Assembly (NCBI GenBank): GCA_963759075.1
Contig: CAVWXZ010000018.1
Coordinates: forward strand, 49,278-113,277
Origin: an uncultured Gammaproteobacteria bacterium
GTDB lineage: Bacteria; Pseudomonadota; Gammaproteobacteria; Steroidobacterales; JABDLF01
Direction: 5' to 3'
Length of the DNA: 64,000 nucleotides
The position numbers and the translations under genes are program-made. Position 1 is the stretch's first letter, and each line of letters starts with the position of its first letter. Below, piece by piece: positions 57,336-64,000 of this stretch. A model generated the notes under the pieces. The model was given only the letters and a program-made list of their open reading frames with translations. It did no database searches and was not told the DNA's origin.

Positions 57336-58881
57336 TCAGTAAGCGCCGGTGTCAATGAAATCCTGGATGGCCGTGTCGCAGGCCCGCCTTGATTTCATCA
57401 TTGTAGTCACCACTTTCATCAATCTTGTCGAGCAGCGCCTGATTGTTGGCTGCGTACGTGCGCATGCAGGGCCGTCTTCGAAGTCCACGACCTTCTTAAC
57501 ATCCACGTCGTCGATATGACCCTCGTTCACGGCGAACAGAGAAACCGCCATCTCGCCAACGGAAAGCGGGCTGTACTGCTTCTGCTTCATAAGCTCGGTC
57601 ACGCGCTGACCACGCTCCAGCTGCTTGCGGGTCGTCTCGTCGAGATCCGATGCGAACTGCGCAAACGCCGCCAGTTCGCGATACTGAGCGAGGGCCAGAC
57701 GAATACCGCCACCCAGCTTCTTGATGATCTTGGTCTGCGCCGCACCACCCACACGTGATACCGACAGGCCCGCGTTAATGGCGGGCCGAATGCCGGCATT
57801 AAACAGATCTGACTCCAGGAAGATCTGGCCGTCGGTAATGGAAATCACGTTGGTGGGCACGAACGCCGAAACGTCACCCGCCTGGGTTTCGATAATCGGC
57901 AGCGCGGTCAGCGAACCGGTCTTGCCCTTCACCTTGCCACCGGTCAGCTTCTCGACGTATTCCGCGTTGATCCGGGCCGCACGTTCCAGCAGGCGGGAGT
58001 GCAGGTAGAAGACGTCACCGGGATAGGCTTCACGGCCGGGCGGACGACGCAGCAGCAGAGACACCTGTCGATAGGCCCATGCCTGCTTGGTCAGATCGTC
58101 ATAAATGATCAGCGCGTCTTCGCCCTTGTCGCGGAAGTATTCGCCCATCGAGCAGCCGGCATACGGTGCGATGTATTGCATGGCCGCCGAGTTGGCCGCG
58201 GGCGCTGCAACAACAATGGTGTGCTCCATCGCGCCATGTTCTTCAAGCTTGCGTACAACGCTGGCGATGGAAGAGTTCTTCTGGCCCACGGCAACATAGA
58301 TACACTTAATGCCGGTGCCCTTCTGATTAATGATCGTATCTACAGCAACGGCCGTCTTGCCGGTCTGGCGATCGCCGATAATCAGCTCGCGCTGGCCGCG
58401 CCCGATCGGCACCATGGAGTCAATGGCCTTGAGGCCGGTCTGCACTGGCTGGTCAACTGACTTACGGCTGATAACGCCCGGTGCAACTTTTTCGATGGGT
58501 GAGCTTTCGGAGGTTGCAGATCGGACCCTTGCCGTCGATGGGCTGACCCAGCGAATTCACGACGCGACCGAGCAAGCCCTCGCCGACGGGGACCTCGAGG
58601 ATACGCCCGGTCGTCTTGACCTCGTTGCCTTCGGAAATGTGCTTGTAATCACCCAGCACCACGGCGCCGACCGAATCCTGCTCGAGGTTCAGGGCAATAC
58701 CGAAAGTATTGCCCGGGAACTCCAGCATTTCGCCATAACGGGCATCGCCCAGACCATGGATGCGCACGATGCCGTCGGTGACGGTCAGTACGGTTCCTAC
58801 GTCGCGCGCTTCGGCAGGCGCCTGGAAGTTCTTGATTCGTTCTTTGATCAGGTCGCTGATTTCAGATGCTTTAATCGACAT
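57336..58881 (-). pseudogene. atpA: F0F1 ATP synthase subunit alpha; at least four indels
   Basis: The N-terminus is in 58462-58881 ([19 protein letters not shown]). The body is in 57336-58445 (GDRQTGKT Walker A). The last ~45 codons read correctly (..[31 protein letters not shown]) only after three further frame changes. Confidence 0.9.
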
Positions 58882-58893
58882 TTCCTAAACCTC

Positions 58894-59451
58894 TTACTGC
58901 GCCATCACGCCGGCCAGCTTTTCGAGCTCGCCGCGCAATGACCCATCGATAACCATATCGTCCGCCTGAATCACTGCGCCGCCGATGAGCGATTCATCGA
59001 CTTCACAATGCAGGCGCACGCTGCGACCCAGTTTCTTTTCCAGGGCCATCGTAAATTTTCGCTGGAGCGCTTCTCCGACCGGGGTCGCCGACACCAGCCG
59101 CACATCGAGCATGTTCTCTTTTTCCGATTTCAGGTCACTGAACAGCTCGGCCACCTCGGACAGTACATGCAGCCGCCGGTTCTCCGCCATGATCCTGAAC
59201 ATGTTGCCGACCTGCAGATCGATTTCACCCGGATGACCACCCAAGGACATGGGTCACGACGTCACCCAGCAGGTCTGCAAGCTGGCCAGGCAGCACGTGG
59301 GGGCTCCCGAGCAGCGCCTCGAAGCCCGGATCCTTCGCCGCAGCCGCCGCAGATTCAATGCCACGGACCAGGCGTCGAGCTGACCCGATTCGGCCGCCAG
59401 GTCGAAAGCGGCGCGTGCATAAGGCCTTGCGATGGTGATGTTCTCAGCCAT
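58894..59451 (-). pseudogene. atpH: F0F1 ATP synthase subunit delta; one frameshift
   Basis: MAENITIARPYARAAFDLAAESGQLDAWS (59254-59451) continues in 58894-59250 (..LIGGAVIQADDMVIDGSLRGELEKL). Confidence 0.85.
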
Positions 59452-59456
59452 TCAGA

Positions 59457-59930
59457 TCAGATCTCGTCGGCCAGTTTCTGGAGCAGGTCGGCATTCGCCG
59501 CCTCGTTTATCTCGCGGCCCAGCAACTGGCGCGCGCCGTCAATCGCAATGCCCGGCCACCTCTTTGCGCAACATCGCTCGGGCCTGCTCGATTTCCTGCT
59601 CAATCTCGGCCTGAGCCTGAGCCTTGACGCGCTCGCCGACCGCGACCGCCTTGTCGCGCGCTTCGTCGATCATGTCATTAGAACGCTGGTTTGCCTGGGC
59701 CACGATATCCAGCGCATTCTGCCTGTGCCTCGGCAATGATCTTGCAGACCTCCACCTTGGCATTTTCGAGGTCGTGCTGCGCACGTTCACCGGCAGCCAG
59801 GCCGTCGGCAATCTTTTCGCGGCGCTCTTCCAGGGCTGCCACCAACGGTGGCCATATGAACTTCATGCAGAACCACACGAATACCAGCATGGCAATCGAT
59901 TGACCGATTATGGTTGCGTTGATAGTCCAC
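59457..59930 (-). pseudogene. atpF: F0F1 ATP synthase subunit b; at least three indels
   Basis: GTG at 59930 after [46 protein letters not shown] lies in a frame one base off the start codon. Later parts lie in two more frames. The C-terminus ADLLQKLADEI has its stop at 59457-59459. Confidence 0.8.
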
Positions 59931-59982
59931 CTGATCGCTCCTGTCTCGTCCGTTTCACGTTATAGCGGGGCGTGCTGCCTGA

Positions 59983-60264
<282 letters not shown>

Positions 60265-60292
60265 TCAAGAATCAAGTCCAAGTCCAATCCAA

Positions 60293-61127
<835 letters not shown>

Positions 61128-61128
<1 letters not shown>

Positions 61129-61504
61129 TATTCGCTTCCCGCTCCCCGCGAGTTCAACCTCGTCTGAATACGACCAGTGCTGCCCAGCTCGATCACTTGT
61201 ACGACAATAAAGCCGACCAGAAACCAGCCCGGATGTGTTGGTCGAACAAACCCGAAAACTGCTGCCATCAACAATATGGTCAGCAACAGTTTCCCAAGTT
61301 CACCTGCCCAGGCAGCGCGCAACAGCTGACTGGGCATCGGTTGCTGTGCCGAAACCAGTAATGCGCATACCCAAGATAGGCGTTCGGGATCACTCCCACC
61401 AATGTGCCAAGGAGAAACCCGAACGACTCAGAAGACCCCGCCAGCATCAAGGCCGCCAGCGCGATCGCCGCGCCAGTGCCAAGCTGCAGCAGCAGGATTT
61501 TCAT
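61128..61504 (-). pseudogene. atpI: ATP synthase protein I; one frameshift
   Basis: Hydrophobic pieces lie at 61280-61576 (start taken at MKILLLQLG, 61504) and 61128-61337. The stop overlaps the atpB ATG (TAATG). Confidence 0.6.
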
Positions 61505-61733
61505 GATCGTCCGTGAGGGCGCACCCTCCCATGTCGGATTTACGCTCACGATTTCCCTTGCTAACAAAAACGCCACTTCCCAGCTCGTCGCGGTCTGTGG
61601 CGTCTTTCCGGAGACCTCCTCCCCGGGAGGGCCTCAGAGCCGCAGTATTATAGTGTGGGCGGTGCGCAGGTACAACAACCCATGGCCGCAAAAAAGCCTG
61701 TGTTTTCGGAATTTTGCGGTCGCAGACCGGCCG

Positions 61734-62635
61734 CTACTTGATGTGCTCGAGAATCCCTTCCAGCTCGTCCAGGCTGTTGTAGGGAATCACGCAGCTTGCC
61801 CTTGCCTTTGCCGGCTTGCTGCAGCTGGACCCGGGCACCGAGCTTTTCGCTGAGATCGGACTCCAGCGCCCGAATATTCGGGTCGATCTTGCGGGTCGGC
61901 TGGGGCTTTTCCGGGCTCTGGACTTGCTTGACGAGTTGTTCTGTCTCGCGCACCGACAGGCCGACCTCTCGCAATCTGGCGGGCCACCTCGATTTGCCTG
62001 CCGGCTGGCAGCCCCAGCAGGGCCCGCGCATGGCCCATTTCCAGCTCCCGGGCCTCGACCATCGCCCGCACGCCTTCATCAAGTTCCAGCAATCTCAACA
62101 AGTTACTGACGGCACTGCGCGAACGCCCCACCGACTTTCGCCGCCTGTTCATGGGTCATTTCGAACTCGGCGGTCAGCCGGTACAGGGCCCGCGCTTCCT
62201 CGAGCGGATTCAGGTTCTCGCGCTGGATATTCTCGATCAGCGACATCGCGACGGCGGCCTCATCCGGGCACGTCGCGGATGACCGCCGGAATCTCGTCGA
62301 GGCCGGCCAGCTGCGCCGCCCGCCAGCGGCGCTCGCCGGCGATGATCTCGTAACGGGTCTCCGCGCCGGCGCCGGGCAGCGGCCGGACAACGATCGGCTG
62401 CACGACGCCCTGCGCACGTATCGAATCGGCCAGGTTATCGAGCGTCTCGGTGCGCATGTCGTCGCGCGGCTGATACTGACCTCGCTGCAACAGATCCAGC
62501 GGGCAAAGTACGCTTAGCTGGTCCTTGGAGGAGGCACGCGCCTCTGGCTCAACCTCCTCGGTTGAGGAGGCTCGTTGCCGACGTACCCAGCAGGGCGGCA
62601 AGATCGCGGCCCAGTCCTCTTCGTTTCGTAGCCAT
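61734..62635 (-). pseudogene. parB: chromosome partitioning protein ParB; at least four indels
   Basis: ATG at 62635 (MATKRRGLGRDLAALLG). ParB box text QPRDDMRTETLDNLADSIRAQGVVQPIVVRPL..YEIIAGERRWRAAQLAGL lies in ORF 62260-62934. Later parts lie in other frames. The C-terminus LVIPYNSLDELEGILEHIK is restored by removing one base. Confidence 0.85.
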
Positions 62636-62863
62636 GTGGATAACCCAGTATTACTGCACAGTTTGTTCGCCGGCGCACGAAATGCGCCTGGCGCGACCGG
62701 AGATTCTAGCAGCTTCCGCTTCGAATCAGGCTCTGCGGCGTGCCTGGGCTGGGGGCGTCGCCCGGACCCCGGATCTCGGCCGAATCGCCAACCTGAGCTG
62801 CCTCCGGTGCGCGGGGAATGATGCATCGCCGGCCCGCCGATGAGCGGCGACGGCCGTAGCCGC

Positions 62864-63642
62864 TCAGGCGCCCGGCCGGGGATTCTCCCGATAGTTGAGC
62901 TCGCTTGCCAGCGCCAGATACGACATCGCACCACGGGAATTCTTGTCGTGCAAGAGCACCGGCACGCCGTAACTCGGCGCTTCTGCGAGCCGCACGTTGC
63001 GCGGAATCACGGTGCGAAACACCTTGTCGCCGAAATGCATGATGAGCTGCGCCGACACGTCGTTGGCCAGGTTGTTGCGCGGGTCGAACATCGTGCGCAG
63101 GATGCCGAGCACTTCGAGATCCGGATTCACGGCTTCGCGGATCTGTTCGACGGTGCGCACCAGGGCGCTGAGCCCCTCGAGCGCGTAGTACTCGCACTGG
63201 ATCGGAATCAGGACGCTGTCGGCCGCGCTCAGCGCGTTGATCGTCAGCATGTTCAGCGACGGCGGGCAGTCGATCAGCACATAATCATAGCGGTCGCGAT
63301 CGGCTCCAGCGCCCGCCGCAGCCGACCTTCGCGGCTGAACTCGTTGATCAGGCTGACTTCGGCGGCGGTCAGGTCGGAGTTCGCCGGCAGCAGGTCGTAG
63401 CCGGCCTCGGCCGCGGGAACGATGACCTCTGCGGCGCTGCATTCACCGAGCATGACATCGCACGCCGACTTGCCGAGCTTGCTCTTGTCGACACCCGATC
63501 CCATCGTGGCGTTGCCCTGGGGATCCAGATCGACCAGCAAAACCCTGTGGCGATTGACGGCCAGGGACGCCGCCAGATTGACGCTGGTGGTGGTTTTTCC
63601 AACCCCGCCCTTCTGATTGGCGACTGCGATTATCCTGGCCAT
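62864..63642 (-). pseudogene. parA: ParA/Soj chromosome partitioning ATPase; one frameshift
   Basis: MARIIAVANQKGGVGKTTTSVNLAASLA (63274-63642) continues in 62864-63442 (YDYVLIDCPPSLNMLTINALSAADSVLIPIQCEYYALEGL). Confidence 0.9.
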
Positions 63643-63648
63643 TGTTGT

Positions 63649-64000
63649 CTATCCGCCCTTCTTGCCGGGGGCTTGCGTCAAAATTACAAGGTGCCTCTGC
63701 GCTGCCAGCCCGGGCACCGCCAGCGCATGGACTGCGCTCGCACGCCACGATTCCGGCAGGCCCGCGATTTCGTCCTCCGGGAGCTGGCCCTTCATGGCCA
63801 GCAATTGCCCGCCTTACCGCAAAGGTGGCCCGGCTGCTGACACAAAGCCCGCCAGCGAGGCGAAGGCACGGCTTATCACGGTATCAAAGCCTGATTCCGG
63901 GCGGTAGTCCTCAGCCCGCGCCCGGACTACCGCTGACGTTGCCCAAACCAAGCGTGGCAGCGGCCTGGGTCACGAACCGCGTGCGCTTGGCGGCACTGTC
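63649..64000 (-). pseudogene. rsmG: 16S rRNA (guanine527-N7)-methyltransferase RsmG (GidB), 5' part outside window; frameshifted
   Basis: Reverse-strand reading gives DSAAKRTRFVTQAAATLGLGNV, then, in other frames, ARAEDYRPESGFDTVISRAFASLAGF and [26 protein letters not shown]. The stop is at 63649-63651, directly upstream of parA. Confidence 0.7.

Noticed and set aside
62635-62643. Perfect DnaA box (TTATCCACA on the minus strand) abutting the parB start codon.
   Set aside because: A single 9-mer is expected about 0.5 times by chance in a 64-kb window on two strands. There is no cluster of boxes or AT-rich unwinding element nearby.

Overview
This 64-kb window looks like a gammaproteobacterial-type chromosome. 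It has two conserved flanks around a ~40-kb accessory region.

Right flank (51.2-64 kb, minus strand): the conserved block rsmG-parA-parB-atpIBEFHAGDC-glmU-glmS.

Left flank (1-11 kb, minus strand): a tightly packed cell-envelope operon. It encodes TPR proteins, a DUF3570/DUF4266/TlpA trio, three outer-membrane barrels, a Cys-rich lipoprotein, a ~957-codon HzsA-like protein with three CXXCH motifs, and ApbE.

Accessory region: it opens with an integron integrase (intI, 11075-12052) and an attI-like GTTAGGC core. An array of 13 gene cassettes follows, delimited by 12 attC-type sites (12.3-21.6 kb). The cassettes include three BrnT/BrnA and one HigB/HigA toxin-antitoxin pairs, MAPEG, SOUL, a TonB_C-like protein, a beta-lactamase-family hydrolase and several orphans. 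The region continues to ~46 kb as a compact, almost entirely plus-strand run of small accessory genes in which I cannot recognise attC sites. These include 4 GNATs, 2 VOC proteins, DUF proteins, methyltransferases, GGDEF+M23 and a carbonic anhydrase. A less compact stretch follows up to glmS, with a secreted protein, a circularly permuted ATP-grasp-like enzyme, a membrane+XRE pair and tandem repeats.

The oddest feature is that almost every long gene in both flanks is broken by frameshifts, while the ~42 kb from intI to glmS reads cleanly.

I saw no rRNA, tRNA, CRISPR array or transposase. All family assignments come from motif recognition by eye, not from database searches.
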